NCBI GenBank assembly: GCA_013265495.1
Contig: MU058824.1
Location: forward strand, 3,623,111 to 3,687,110
DNA from: Vicugna vicugna
Taxonomy: Eukaryota
DNA: 64,000 nucleotides
Direction: 5' to 3'
Of this stretch, positions 25,201-40,829 are shown in pieces; within the stretch, counting starts at the first letter, position 1, and every line of letters begins with the position of its first letter. A program made the translations under genes and the position numbers. The notes under the pieces are model-generated. The model saw nothing but the letters and a program-made list of their open reading frames with translations, searched no databases and was not told the origin of the DNA.

Positions 25201-28200
25201 GTAAAAAAGTGTGTTATACATTTCAATAATGGGCATAAGACCTACTGTCCCAGATAATTACATATTAACAAACTAATACTTCTATTTTAATTCTGGGTTA
25301 TTATTCATTGTTTCTAACTGAAATCAGCATCTCTAATCCAATTTAAAAGAACAATTTTGGTCCAAAATTTTACTGAAATATCTCAGTATTTTAAATGAGG
25401 AATGTTACTCAATGAAAACCTTAACTTTAATAGAATTTTTTCAAGTCAGGATTTTTTAAAAACCATCAATTTAATAAGTAAGTTTAAAAGTTAAGTGTGC
25501 TTCTTTTCTCTAAATTCATACAACTTTGCATTTTTACTTTTTTATAATAGCATGTATTAATTTTCAGGCTGCTTCCCTTTAAATAAAGGCTTGATTAAAC
25601 CTGACAATTATCTTTATTGTACAATTCTTATTTTTTTAATAGCTCAATCTATGTTTCTAATCTAGAAATTATAAGGGTTTTTTTTTTTATTTTGAAGGAT
25701 GTTTTTAGTGTGTGTGCCTCCCAAACAATAATCACGTATTTATAACAAACTGAACATAATTTTTAGAATTTAAGAATCTGAAGCAAACTTCTAAAAATAT
25801 AAAAATATCATTTAACATAATAAAGACAGCCTATTTTTAATACTAAAGAAAAATACAACAGGAAGAGAAGAATTTTAAACAATCTACTTAACTTCACCAT
25901 CTTCCCTGCCAATTTTCAATGTGGTCCATTTTTAAATCAAAGTCTACATATCTGAAAAGTTGACTACTTATTAAAATTCTCAATGAATTTAAAAGCACTG
26001 CTATAAAACTTCTCTTTGGTCCATTCAGCCCCTTAACTAATCAAACAATGAAACAAATATTACAAGACGAAGGCTGACAAAAAATCATAATGAACCTCTC
26101 AGATGAGAAACTAATTGGTACTAAGTACACAATGGCTTACATTTAATCCTGTTAATAACCACACAAAAAAAGAAATAAAAGACTCACTTTTCAGTCATCT
26201 CTCTGGACCACTGGGCTAAAATAACAGCATGACTAAATCTGACATTGACCCCGTGGCCCTGCTAGAAGTTAAAAGAATTCCTTTGAGTCTTCTGAGGCCT
26301 GTTTTCAACTGCTCCAGAAGGGGTGGGCTAGTCATACACACTTGTTAGCCTTCTTTACAGTAACAGGTCAAATTAGAAATGGTCATATACACTGTAATAT
26401 ACACTAGCTCTTTCTTTAGATGTGAAGTCTATACCTTACACCACCACAAAAAGAACAATGAAATAATAATAGCTGGCTGATAAAATATCACAGATGGATG
26501 AAATATCACTGAAACAGTAAGAATGTATCCAAGCCAATAATACATTACTGGAAACAAATTTTTAAAACAAATAATCAAATATGTCTAAATTAACAAGAAA
26601 GACTGAAACAGACAAAGCACCAAGAATGAATCACTAAACTTAGAAAAGAAAAATACTGTATATAAATTTTCTAGCTTTATCACAAAATAGTTTTCAGCAA
26701 GCCTACTGAATTAAAATACACCTAATTCTTTTGTAAGTTTTATAGGCTTTTGTGACATGAATCCACAAATAACATCCAATGTCAAAATGACATAAATCTG
26801 CCTGAAAGAAGTTTACTTTTCCCCTTTCATCCTTTTCAAAATAGTTTATGACTTTCAACAAAGATATTAGCATCTCACATCGTCCTCTCTAACTAGTGAT
26901 TTAAAATAACTATGGATATGGTTTTATTCTACTTGACAAGATTTCTCTAGTTCTAATACTAATACTTTTAAATTAAGTATATTTTCTTAGATAAAATAAA
27001 ATCCCAAGCTTTATTCCTACTTCACAAAGTCCAGTCACTTGAAGTCTAAACAAATCAACCACTAGCATATTTTATGTATTTGCTTCAAGTTTGCAATTTA
27101 AAATAAGTACAATTCTGTCAATATTTAAAATTAAAAGGTCTAAATTTTCTACATAATGAAAGCCAATAAATGTCCATATAATATTAAGAAATAAAATTAT
27201 TACACACCAAGACATATTTTGGCTCTATGGCAAAATATCAAAATTAATTTCACATAATTCAATTTCTGCACTCTTACAGACCTTCCGTAGCTTATCATAT
27301 TAATAAAATCAAAAAATACTAGTCAAAGAACTATTACTTAACTAAACACGATAACTTAATTGAACATTAGCAACTAGCCTCAAGGCATTGTTTGATTAAT
27401 TTTGTAAGTTTTAAATTAATTTAAGATAAAGACAAGAGTTAAAATTGTAATACTTGTCCACAAACTTGTGAAATATGTCAAAATTTAAATGAACTCTTAG
27501 AAAAAGAGAGTTAAAGCACTCCCTGTTTTGAAAATCTACAATGGCAAATAAATCTCCACCTCTCAGGTTAGGTAATATTTTGGGAATAAGGTTTTCTCTC
27601 CCCCCAGTTCTTGTTCTGTTTTCACTCTCTATCTTCTCCAATATACAGAATATTATTTTTCAGGAAATAACAACAATCAACTATAACACTGAAACATAAA
27701 AATAACCTCAAACTTACCAAACAATAAGAGAACTGCAAAATATTCCACAAATCCCCTATTTGAAGCCCTAACTCAGAGTCCACTTTTCTAAAAAGAAAAC
27801 TCTAAACAGTTTCCACACTGCACAATGTAATTTTACCCTCAATAGCTTACCTTCACAGCATTTTCTGGCTTAGGAAAATATCAAGAATAGAAGTATTTCC
27901 ATTACACTTTTAAACTTACTATACAGGTTTAGCCATTCAGTTTTAAAAGAATCTTCTACTCACTGCCAAAAGAAGAAAGAGAGAAGGGGAACAAAAAACA
28001 AATCCTACAAAACGAGAGTTTCAAATAAGGACTGGAAAAGGCATCAGGCAATCATGACCTTTAAAAAAAAAGTTGTCTGACGATTGTCTGTGAAGTTTTT
28101 TAATAGCGTGAAAACACTTCACCAGTTTGTTCTTTCCTTGATAAATTTCAGGTTCGGCTCTATAATGCTCTCCCACTCAAGCCACACACAATAAAACCTG

Positions 28201-31200
28201 TACCATCAGCTTTAAGAACTAATAACATTTTACATGAACATTTGCTAGTAAAACATCCTAACAGAAGAACTGTGTTATTTTAAAAGCTGCATATTTTCAC
28301 AATTAGATCACTTTTCAACTCACAGGGAATATGCTGATTTGATAGAAATATATTTTAGAGGTTATTTATGTTTCTCAGTAATTACATATGAACATCAAGT
28401 ACAAACTTATAAAATATCTTTTAAAATACTAATCAGAATTAGAATGATTTTACAAACTTATGAAGTCTCTATAACTATGATGAAAGAATAGAAATTCAAA
28501 ACATTATTTTAATTGCCATAGACAAACAAAAGCTAATTAGACTCTTGGTATACATTTTCTTAGTTTGAAACTCTCATGGTTTTTTAAAGGAAACTGCTTC
28601 TTGAGGAGTCTTTTGATAGAAATCAAAATGTGAAAATATAATAACTAGAAAATAATTGTGAAAGAAAACAAAATTTCAATAATACTCTTTGTTTCTTGGT
28701 AATAGCAAATTCTATAAATCAGTTTCATACCCCAGGAGCACTAAAATCACAAGAAATAAACTACAACTAGCAGACACAGAAAGAAAACTTGCCCTTACCC
28801 CAATTCCCAAAGTACTTAACAGAGATCCAGAAAAAGAATTTTAGACACCACACTGCCATGGTGTATAATAAATTAAACAAACAAAAAACCCTAAAATTAT
28901 GCATATCAAAATTAATCCTTTTTCATCCTATTTATCAACATTCGGAAGTTCTCTTAGCCTATTAGTTAATACTAAATCACATCATTTTTCATGGTATATT
29001 ATGAAATTATTACAATTTTTAAATACTAAAAAGGACCTTTTTATTATTGTGTATTAATTTAATGAATACAAAATTCAGTTAAATAATGCTGTGTGATGAT
29101 ACCCTCATAAAACAAATGTAAAACAGAAGTAGCTTTGACCTTATTAATCTGATATTTTAAAGACTTCACCTATTAATGGAAAAATACTTGGGGGAGCTGT
29201 TAAGACTAGAGGCCTCTACTTTTCCTTTACAACAGTAATGAATTACTCAGTATGTAAATTGCTACAACACTCTCCAAAGACTTAACATTCAGCAGCATAA
29301 AGTTGCTTCATAAAACAAAATTCTTCATATCTGAAAAATAAGCATATTCTGCAGGAATAAGGAAACTTTTAAATCTGGTTAAGTTAAAATGTATGTCTCC
29401 AATCAAATGTGTATTCATATGTCTATTTAAATACGTACGCACCATGGACAACAAAAACTGAATGTAGAAAAAAAATCACGTAACAGATTACAACTGATTT
29501 TCTACGAATATTTTGTGAATATACAATAATATTTAAATTAAAAATTTATAACAGTACTACTCACTGCTAATTAGTATTTCTAGGATTTACTTAGTTCAAC
29601 TATAACATTTTTATTCCAACAGTAGAGCGACCATGAATAGAAAATTTTGGGGTTAATAACTTTCTATCAATTTCATGCATAAGGCTAACATATCTTTTGA
29701 GCTTCTCGATGGCTCAAAAATTAAATTGCTACTGTTATTAGAAAAACAAAACCAAGAACAAAATTAGTTTTTCCCTGCTAGTCCCCATGGATCTAAGTCC
29801 ACACAATAATTCTTCCCAATCTGCAAAACAAAACAAAACAAAACAACACACAAATAGATGAGCTAAGGAAGAAAGATCAAAACAAAGAAACAAGTGAAAA
29901 AAAACAAAAACAAAACCCTTTCCTTTTAGCAATCAACAAAATAACAAAAAAGAAAAAGTGAGAAAGTCACCCAGAATATATGACCATGTAAGCATGGGCA
30001 CTCTTGCAGAAAACCAAGTCTGCAACCCAAAGCCATGGGAAATTTAAATTAGAGCAAATGGCCACAATAGGCAGGGAAATCTGTATAGATAAAAAGAGAC
30101 TGCTGAGGTTGCAGGTATACTACCACAGATCTTTTGAGATTTCCAAACAAACTTTATTGTTTTATTAATTTAAAAAAATAATAAATAATCACTATCCATA
30201 TTATTCATAAAGAAAATTAAGTTTTTCCCCTTAAATCAAAATATACATATGTATGTGATATACCTAAAGGAAGAGAAAGGATCCCCACTGCTTAATACTG
30301 AGAATCAGCAAATCTGAAATTTGCTTTACACCTCTCTCTTTCTATACTTAAATCATGTTAAAGCAATTTAAAAATTTAATGAAAGGAAGAAAAAGTCAGA
30401 GATGAGACCCTTCGCTACTGATGTCAACCTAAGTGGTGGCACAATCACACAGCTCAACACAACTCCTCTTTGACTACCCATAAAGAACCATATACCAAAG
30501 TTAGTTTAACTAACCAAAACGGCTTGAAAATTAGATGATCTGTGGTACAACCATTAAATTTTATCTGTTAAATCTGATGATAAAGGAAATTTCCCAAACT
30601 AGAACATCTCAAACAAAGAATAAGGGGATTTATACAACAATCAGAGTAGTCATGGTATTAAGAACCAATACAAATATTCCACAACTTAGGACCTGATGGT
30701 TTTTACTTGTAACTCCCCTGTGCAGATACACTGAGGTTGAATAATATGAACACATAAAAACCAATCATACTAGATTAAAATAAGAAATCTTTTAGCAATA
30801 TTTAAGTTATATTTATTCTCTCACAAAATTTATATAATTTTTAAAGCAAACCAAAAGAGGTGGAGTAGATACAGGGTAATGAATAAAGAGCAAAATACTA
30901 ATCATAGGAGAGTGAGGTGACTTTTCAACACTGAAATTTGATTGGCAATTAAAATCATCCTTCAAAGTAGAAAGTAATGTTATTTCTAAATAAAACCACT
31001 AAATTCATTTTTGTTTAAATCAGACTATTTAACAATAAAAAATGGCTACTGTAATATAAGGAGTAACAAGATTGTGGTTGCATGCCTTTTCTTTAAAGAA
31101 AACCTCCTTTCTTCAGTTAAATTTGTGGTTTTCCTTTATGTCCTGAATTCCTCTCACCTGACTTTTCAAAGCATAATTTTTTAATTATTTTAACAATCTT

Positions 31201-34200
31201 ATTTATCAGCCATAACCAGTCTGCTTCCTACATCTTTAAAATTTCTCATTAACTACAAATAGGCAAAGAGTACTGAAAACTTTTCTAGAAATTAGGGCTT
31301 TCCCTCCTTAGAGTAGATAATTCTGTTACAGACGCTATTAAGTTACAAAGCAAAATCAAAAGTGACCTACGCACTTCAAGGGAATTGCCAAGAAAACACT
31401 TTCTCTCAATGAGTAGTTCTACACAGCCATCCTTTCATCTTGAGGTAATTATAAGTTTACTACATATTTAGGCAAAAGCAGAAGAGAAGGGTACAAATTT
31501 TTTCTCATTATAGAATTAATGCTATCTTCCCTTAAAATGTATTTGTAAAAGATGGGGATAAGAGCAGATACTCTCATGTCCACCGTTGACTAATTTTCAA
31601 AACTATGACAAAAGCTGAAATTCTAAGGTAAAATGTCATAGAAGTATAAGGTACACACATTTAGCAGACAAGATCCACTTTTAAATAATCCATTATTAGA
31701 TTGAATTTATATATGAATCCAAATCTGTATTACAAAAACAATTTTTATCCCCAGAATTACATCTCTATCCAGAGCTAATGCTATTAGATCAAGATTCAAA
31801 AACTAAAGAACAAGTCAGATCTATTCCTGTAGGTTTTCTTAAGTATATCCATGTAATTTAAAAAGAAAATGTGACCTCACACATGATGGATGCTCAATTA
31901 AAATATTTATTTCCTTATTATCAGTAGAATGAACAAGTAACTCAAAAAATGCCAAGAACTTAACCACAACAATAACTTTAATTTGTAACAAAACAAAGAT
32001 AAACAATGACTGAGAGATTAAAAACTTCTGGCTGAAAAACTTGCTAATAAGTCAACACTTTTACTTCATTAAGTGTTAATAACCAAGAAAATGTTAACAA
32101 GAGATTAGTAAATTATCCTGAAATTAAATACAAATTTAGTAAAGTCTTAAAAACAGGATCTACTTAAGAGACATGATAATCTGAGTAGCCTTTACTCTTG
32201 CAAGGGAAAAAAACATAAATGTTCTCCATTTCTGTACTTCTTTTGAAAATGTTGAGTCTAATTATATGTAGTTCATATCAAATTTTACCTTCTGATCATA
32301 TTATCTATATATAAATTATATTTATCTTCTTAGACAAGAAATCTCTATATGCAACAGATTATAGCAAACAGCTACAGGAAAATTATATTTAAACACTCTT
32401 TACCGAGACATCAGGATTCAACTTCCTGTGACAATTAGATAAGAATGAAAAAGTTGCTATCTAATTGTATGCTTCTCCATTCAAAAAAAAAAAAAGTAGA
32501 CTTGTAGATAAGATGACTAAATAATATTTTTTTGCCAACTAAACTAAGTCAGTAGTTCAATAAACATGCTATCTTCTTATTAAGCAGTTTCCAACAAATT
32601 TACCATATCTTATATGAACATCAAATCAGTTTCTAAAAGAAACGTCAAGAAAAAAAAATAGTAAAATTTAATTCCCTCCCTAGGTACTTAACGCTATTGA
32701 AAAGAAAAGCTACTGTAAATGAATTTAGACTAAAAGTCATAAACTGACTTTGGAAGAATGCATACCTAAGTTGCTGATCAACAGTGAAATCACAGAAATT
32801 AGTGACATACAATATCAACATTCCAAAATGTTATTAAAATCCAACCCAAAGCTGCCTTAGCATTTCTGGGATTTCTAATGAGATTTTCAGTCTGCTGAAC
32901 AATGGCCATAAAAGGCTTTCAAACTTAACTCCATTCACAAGTAAAGTTGAAATTGAACATTTTTATTTCTTCTCTCCCTATGACAACTTCACCATGGAAC
33001 AGTGAATAACACAGCGCAAGTCATTATGCTAATTAGAAATTAAATAAAAAGATGCCCTCACAATAGTTAAGTGTAAGGTGGCATGCTACAACTAGAGACA
33101 CAGTTCAAAAGCAGCTTTAAGAATTGTGTAGGCTTACAAAAAGCTGAAAACATCAGAGAGGGAGCTCTTTGGTGCTCTCAGTCACCGGAACTCTAGCATG
33201 TGGTCATTTTTCAATTATAAGAGAAATTAAACTACACATCAATGAGAAGTATATCAAACAGCAACCCACTCTTAATGACTTATTAGGCCATAAGATCTCT
33301 CAAGAAACTATATTTACAGAAATTAAGCTAACTGGTTATCTGATGAATGCAGAAAGGGGGGGAAATACCATCTTTAAGATTTCAGGACCATTGAAAGCAA
33401 GGTTTAACTTATTAATGTTTCCAAAATAACAGAATGTGTTTCTTTTCTCCATTAAAAGATGGTAAGGAAGAACACAAGCTATAAGGAGCCAAAGTTATAT
33501 TTTAAGACATGGCTGTACTTTGAACAACCCTGCATAAAATACACATTTTAAATAGCTGGTCATGTCCTTTGACCAACCCATAGCATCTGGTCCCTCTGAG
33601 AGAATTTTTCTATCCGCCATAAAGTTGCATAAAATATCCAATTTTTCTTAAAGGAAAAGAAAAAGCAGGCATGAACAAGAAAACAGGTAGAAAACATTGG
33701 AACAAAATGAACAAGAAATCTTCCAACAGCATTATGAACATACACAGAACATAAATACCTTTCTCATTTACGTTGAGGTGGCTTCTAAAAGGACATGTTA
33801 TTAAAACATTTAATCATACCTAGTCACATACTAAACCATTAATTAAACATTAATGGTACCATACAGTTTTAGGGTTTCCAGCTTTTATTTTTCCTCTTTG
33901 CATTTAACCTTAACTTTAAATCCTATCCATTCTTCAAGACTCGGTTCAAAGGGCTACTTCTCAATTCTGTTGCGTACTTTGCCTATCCACAGTAATCTTT
34001 TTTAAAAAGTCTATTACATTCATCTGAAAATGATTATGTACTGTGCCGGGGCATCTCTTATATTTGTAGAAACGTATTTAACTCTAGTTTCACAGTGAAC
34101 TTGCCATACTGTCATGCATTTTAAGGTTTTTAAAGGCAGGGACTACATAGCAATTCTCAGATCCCATCACCTTAGTGGTATAGTGACATGTACACTGCTA

Positions 34201-35549
34201 GCATCCAATAAGTAATTATTGGATTAATTTTAAGACTTCAGATTTAGGTTTTAGCTAGTAGATCACAAAATGTCACCAAATCAAATAAAATTTATTGAAA
34301 TAAAGTGCCATACAAGAGACATGTTGTTCAAAAACAACTTGGGTTCACAAAAACACTTGAAAACTTTTTTGAAAAGCAAGTGGAAGCTATGTGCCCATGC
34401 TTGTCACAGTAATAGTAAATTTCTCTTACTTGTCAAAATTCTTCCCAACTATATTAATTTAGTCTATCCATTGTCTCATTTTAGCTTATAAACTTAATGA
34501 AATAAAATGTATCATTTTACCAATAAAGGAATTAAGTTACCCAAAGTCACAGCATCAACTGTGGAGCTATTAACAGACCTAGTAGCCACCACTGATTGAG
34601 AACCTACGTCCGTTACCTCATTTTAGAAGTAAACTTTAAACTGAGAACTGAGAGAGGGATGATAAGGCATTAGCCAGGCAAGGTAGAAACTGATCCAGGC
34701 ATATGTAAAGACCCAGATCAAATAAAATATGATATATTTGAAAAACTGAAATTCAAATAGGCAACTCACTCTACTCCAATTTTAATTAGTTATCAAGTCT
34801 TGGTTGAGTGCCTAATAAATACCAGGGATTCAGCAATTGCCTCTAGGTGAGTTTTTCATCCTCTGAAATTATATCCAAAACTTTATATGTATATTTTTTA
34901 GGGCTGAAAGCGACTTGACAGAAAAAACAGTTAAAAGACTTACTGTGCTAAATCATTAAAAGCCATAATTTTACTTCAATTTCAAAAGCTGTGATTTTAT
35001 TTCACTAAAGCCATAATTTCACTTCAGCCTCCTTTGGTACTATATAAAGAGCACTACTCTATACACGAAGGGTGAACTTCAATTAAATTCACCCAAAATT
35101 TGCGAGGTATCCACTATGTGCCAAATGCTGACAAACTAAAAGAACAATGTGCCAAACTGTACATACCGAGGGAGTTCTACATTAATGTAAAATTCTACAC
35201 CATATACTAGGAACTAATAAGGTTTCTTCAACTTTCAAAAATGTTATACTCTTCATTCTTCAAAAGGTAATTTCTTTTAAAATCTGAAACTGTTTTTTTT
35301 TGCTAAATCTAAATCTTTCAAAATTACTAAATGAGAACAAAACAAGACCAGGAATACATATAAAGCATGATTCTGAAATTGGACTGAGACTATTATACAT
35401 TTGTTTAAAATACATTTTTAAACTGTAACAAGTATACAATTCATCAACTACATAAAATTACTATTCATTCACTTTCAAAAAGTATTTGTTACATGCCTAA
35501 TGTGTCCAGCTCAGATTAGTGTAGAAGACACAAAAATAGTCCACAGTCC

Positions 35550-35609
35550 TAGAAATGAGAAATGTCTTTACATACGACTATGGACTGATCTCCGGTATAC
35601 ACTGTTAAC

Positions 35610-35643
<34 letters not shown>

Positions 35644-36720
35644 GAGCAAAGTGTAGATAATATGCTACTGTTTGTTTCAAGAGGGTGGGTGAATATGAAG
35701 TTATATACATATTTGCTTTATTTTTTTTAATGTAAGGACAAACCATCAATTTCCTCTTAACAGTTACCCCTAAGAGGAAGAATGGGAACAAGATGAAGAC
35801 TGGACAGAAAATAGACTTCTGAATATATTTTACCTTGTCTTGTTGATTTGAAATCTTATAAACATTTTACATAATTATGAAACAAACTGAATTTCAAAAG
35901 GTAATACTGAAAAATAACATATGAAAAGCAAAATGAAACAAATGAACCTATCTATGCATCTAGTTGACAGCATAGTCACAGGAAGAGAAACCTGCATTTA
36001 ATCAAGCTTCTATATCTACCAATTCACAGGAAACAAAAGAACAGTGGAGTATATTAAATATCACAAAATGCAGAGTCAGGAAATTCTAGAGGAGAAACAA
36101 CCCAGTTAGTATAACAATTAAATTACAAGGAAAAGAAGCAGGGAGGGTATAGCTCAAGTGGTAGAGTGTATGCTTAGCATGCAAGAGGTCCTGGGTTCAA
36201 TCCCTGGTACCTCCCCTAAAAAAACAAAAACGTAAACCTAATTACCTCCCCAACAAAAGAAAAAAGAAAAAAAAATTATAAGAAAAAGAGAGAAAACACA
36301 CAAGGAGATAAAAGAAGAACCTATAGATTAAAGGACACTTATCACCCAATTACAATAAATGGTTCTTATTCAAATAAACTGTAAGGAAAAAAAATTAATT
36401 AAACAGGGAAATCTGAAGACTAACTGATTATTTAATGATAAAAGAATTACTTGTAATTTGTTTAGGTATGATAATGTTTCTTAAAAATAATCTTTATCTT
36501 TCAGAAATACATATTGAAATATACAATGTTATGTATATGTATACAAATGAATGAATGAAATGATGTCTGTGATTTGCTTCAAAATAATACAAGGGCATGA
36601 GGTTATAGATAAGAAAAGATTGGTCTTAAGTTGACAATCATTGAAGCTAGTTTATGGGACACTGAGTCCACTAAGATTCTGTTTTTGTATACTTTAAAAT
36701 TTCCATAATAAAAAATTAAC
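35550..36720 (+). mobile_element. Old L1 (L1M) 3'-end fragments containing an A29 run (35610-35638) and a SINE
   Basis: gatgtctgtgatttgcttcaaaataatac, aaaatttccataataaaaa. Confidence 0.6.
36139..36272 (+). mobile_element. tRNA-Ala-derived SINE (Vic-1 type)
   Basis: gggagggtatagctcaagtggtagagtgtatgcttagcatgcaagaggtcctgggttcaatccc; TSD aaatta(c/t)aag(g/a)aaaaga at 36120-36136 and 36273-36289. Confidence 0.9.
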
Positions 36721-38719
36721 GAAGAGTTAACGATTACTCCTAGAGCCAATAATATTCCTTCCCTGTGCAGGAAAATAAGTTGCTGATTATTCCTGTATAA
36801 TTCCTACAGAACTTATTATCTCTCACCATCATTTGGCTATCTTATACAATAGTTCTCCCCAAACCTGAGACCCCCTTCACAAATTAAAAAACATGCTGAT
36901 TTCCTTTGGTGCATCTTTTCTTCAACCAAGAGATCTACTTTTCTAGTATCTGAGAATTGCAAGTCACTCCTATTGGGGAATAAATGAAAGAAAGTAAAGG
37001 GTGAGAACTTTAAAAGGAAGACAAATGATAGAGCAGGCATAAAGAAGTCTCAGGAAAGAGTGAAGAAAAGTGAAGGAATGATGACTAGACCCTAGAAATA
37101 AACTCCTACCCACCTCAGTAGAGAGAGCTGAGAGCCACATGTAACAGGCACTGAAGGCCTATGCTTTGGTGTGAATGTACTACAAGCAAAGCCCTCATCA
37201 TAGAGCTGTATGTACTGAGGAAGGCTTGGGTGAGCACACTACCTAACTGCTGCATCCCCAAGGCTTCAACGGATCCTAAGGAAGCTAATCAACAACTTCA
37301 AATTAGAAAATCAGAAAAGTACTGAACATTTAGAGAAAGAACAGAAAGGGGAAAAAATGCCTCCCAGTTGTACATTATCTGCCTGATTGTGTATTCTAAT
37401 TGTGTATTAAAGCAAAACATTTATATATCTCACCAGAACTAAAGTAATGAGAAAGATGCTCACGTTTCCACAGAACAAGAGTGGTGCTGCACTCATTACT
37501 ACAAATTTAACAACAGTAAATGGAAAATATGGATGCACTCATATAGTCCTTCATACTTTCATGTACTACCTCAAATTCACTAATCCCATTTTTTATTAAG
37601 TGTTAAGTTTTCAACCGTATCTATTCCCAAGATTTTGAGAGACTTAACTCCCATGGTTAAGAGGAGGCTTCCATAAATTACTTGAGCTTCTTATTATATT
37701 TCGTCTCTTCAATGAAACACTAAGCCACTTAAGGCTAAAACTATGTCTTTTACTACTTTAAATCCCTTCTATGTATTCTGCATGGAGTAGATGCTAACTA
37801 AATGTTTGGTCATTTAACATTTAACAAAAAACAAAGTAATATACACTGCAAAGAATTACTCTAAATATTATAATAAGGCTTCTGAGGAAAAGACCTGCCT
37901 TCAACAGGTTGCTAATCACTTCTATCGTATTGATATTTCAAATATGCCACAGTTGGAGGGGTTTGGAAAGGAAGAGGAACAGTACACAAAATCATTATTG
38001 TTGCTGTTTAACAATCATCATCATTTCAAAAGTATGCCAGAATTTCCACAAACTTCCACTATGTGAAAATATCTTCTCTCTAAAGACTATTATACAAACT
38101 GAGCCAGATCTACCCCAGACCTATTTATGAATAGGATAATAATGATTAGAAAGTAACAACACACTCAAATAGGCATCGATACTGAATATATTGCTTATTA
38201 ACTGGAAGGAAATAGGATTATGGCGTTGGCAGGTCAAGGAAACAAAATAGGGGATATATATTTAAATATTTGCAAGTTTGTAAGAGTCAAGCAAGTTAAT
38301 TTGCAGAATTGCACAATTTGTTCAATTTGACTAGAACAAAAAACAGTAGGGAAAAATTTCCATATGGATAGTGGGAACATACACTGAATGTCTGGAATCA
38401 AGAATTACTTGGAATTACTTAGGTCTTGAATCAAATATTTTTACCAACATTGCAGGAAAAAAGTGATACAAATTTATACATTACAGACACATGAAACTCA
38501 AAAGAAATATATACCTATAAGAATGAACTAGTTTCTAAAAACTTAAATGGATGAAAACATATAAGGAAAATCTGATGCAAAAAAAGCCATTCCAAAAAAA
38601 CATAAGCCAACAGAAGCAACAACTATAAAAAACAAATACTAGAAAAAAAGCTAAGAAATAACAAAGAGCATACTAGTAAATCAAACTGAAATGTGTAACA
38701 TGATAAGTCATATAAAAAC

Positions 38720-39400
38720 CACTGCAGTTAGTTGGAACCCTCGTACATTACTGGTGGGGTGGGGTATAATGTGCAACCACTGTGGAAAAGTTTGGCAATT
38801 CCTCAAAAACTGAAATATAGAAATGCCAGAATCCCATTCCTAGTTTATACCCAAAAGAATACCCAAAACAAGATTCAAATAAATACTTGTACATAAATGT
38901 TCACAGCAGCACTATTCACAAGAGCCAAAAGGTAGAAAGAACACAAATGTCCATCAACAGATGAATGGATAAACAAAATGTATATACAGACAATGGAGTA
39001 TTATTCAGCCTTAAAAAGGAATGAAGTACTGACACATGCTACAATATGCATAAGCCTCCAAAACATTATACTAACTGAAAGAAGTCAGACACAAAAGGTC
39101 ACATACTGAATGATTCTATTTACATGAAATATCTAGAATAGGTAAACCCTAAGAGACAGAAAGCAGATTTGTGGTTGTCAGGGTCTGGGGCAGGAGGGAA
39201 TAAGGAGTAACTGTTCAATGGGTACAAGGTTACCTTGGGATGTGGTGAAAATGTTTTGGGGTTTTCCTTGGTTGTGATGAAAATGTTCTGGAACTAGAGG
39301 AGTTAATAGTTCTATAACATTGTGAATATCTTAAATGTCACCAAATTGAACCTTCAAAATGGTTAATCTTATGTTAATTTCACCTCAATAAAAATAAAAA
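38720..39400 (+). mobile_element. L1MB-type 3' end
   Basis: aatgttcacagcagcactattcac, aaatgtccatcaacagatgaatgg, ending aatttcacctcaataaaaa. Confidence 0.85.
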
Positions 39401-40829
39401 TACCATAAACACAAATATCCCACCCCCAACCCAAATGCAGTTCAAGAATAGCCATATTTCTTATTGTGTTTATACTGTAAAATACTAAAATTGTTTTCCA
39501 GAGACTTCTCTACATACCTGATTACCAGCTTCCTTTTCTTCATTCCTAAAAGACATACCTAAGTCCATCAGTCCCTTACCTCTAGAATTCTCAATTCCAT
39601 ATGGCTCAGCTACCTTTTATCCGATTCTCACCAGCCCTCTTCAATCCCTTTCATTTATTTTGCCCTGAGAAACCCTAGTTCTATTGTGAGCCACCATCCA
39701 GTTAACCTGCTCCTCTTTCTGTGGAAAGATAAGCTTTCTTTTAAATTCATCAAGTTTTTCAGTATGTAAATTTGAAATGACAATGAGATACCCAAATGGA
39801 AATATTCAGCACAGCGGACATGGAGAACTTAAATTCAAGAAAAGTGGTTGATCATTATGAACACGTTAGTATTTGATAAAACTAGGTGTCACGTTAAGGG
39901 AAGGCAATTTAGAGAAAGAATAGGCTAACTGCTTGTTTTGACCTTCTGTAATATTTTGCAAAACCCTGGATCATTTGGTTTCTGTCATCTTGCCCCAGGT
40001 ATTACTGGGAAAAGTTATAAAATCCTTCAAAGTGAGTTCATTACAAGTTCATACTATTTCCATTTTGATTGAATGCTACTTCTAAGCAATCTTTTTATTC
40101 TCTTATTGTTAACTCATTAGTGTAATGATTTCAGCCTACTCCTGAGGAGCTGTAGAATCAACCCGATGTGTAGCCAGAGGGATGCATTAATTATATAAGG
40201 ACATATGTGGGAGACAGGCCTTATATTTTTCAAATGTGCAGACAATGCTGTGGTTAATAAAATACAAAGTCACACATGAAGAGTACTGGTTAGTTTTTTG
40301 CTAATATGTATTTTTTCAATTAACAAATACTAAAAATATAACCTTAGTCACCTGGTGAGTCTACAAATTGTTCTAAAGTTAAAGAGGTTGTCATCTTCAA
40401 AATATTGGGAACCACACCTAAGACTACTCCTTGTAGCACCTAAGCTTCTGAGTACCCCCTGCCCACTTCCAGACCCACTTCCACTTTCATTTTCCCAAGA
40501 AAATCAAACACATCCTCACAAATTCCCTCATCTGCCTCAATCCACCTGAATTTATTCTTTCTTCTCTACCTCTATAAATATTTGGTAATTTAGCAATTAA
40601 ATGCCTCCTTCCTTCTAAGACTAACTCAGACACATATACCTGATCCCATCTCTTACTTACCTCCCCCACCCCAATCCATCAAATGGGTTTAATCTTGCCT
40701 TCAAAAGGTTTTCCCCTTCTACTTAAAAACATTATCAAATCTCTCTTATTCTGACAAAAACTTTACTTGATTCTGCTCTATTTTCTAGCTACTATTCTAT
40801 CTATTTTCTTCCTTTTGCTGTCAGATCCT

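Noticed and set aside
36141..36210. tRNA-Ala(AGC)-like genes here and at 14.9 and 52.0 kb
   Set aside because: SINE heads with body, A tail and flanking duplications; not tRNA genes
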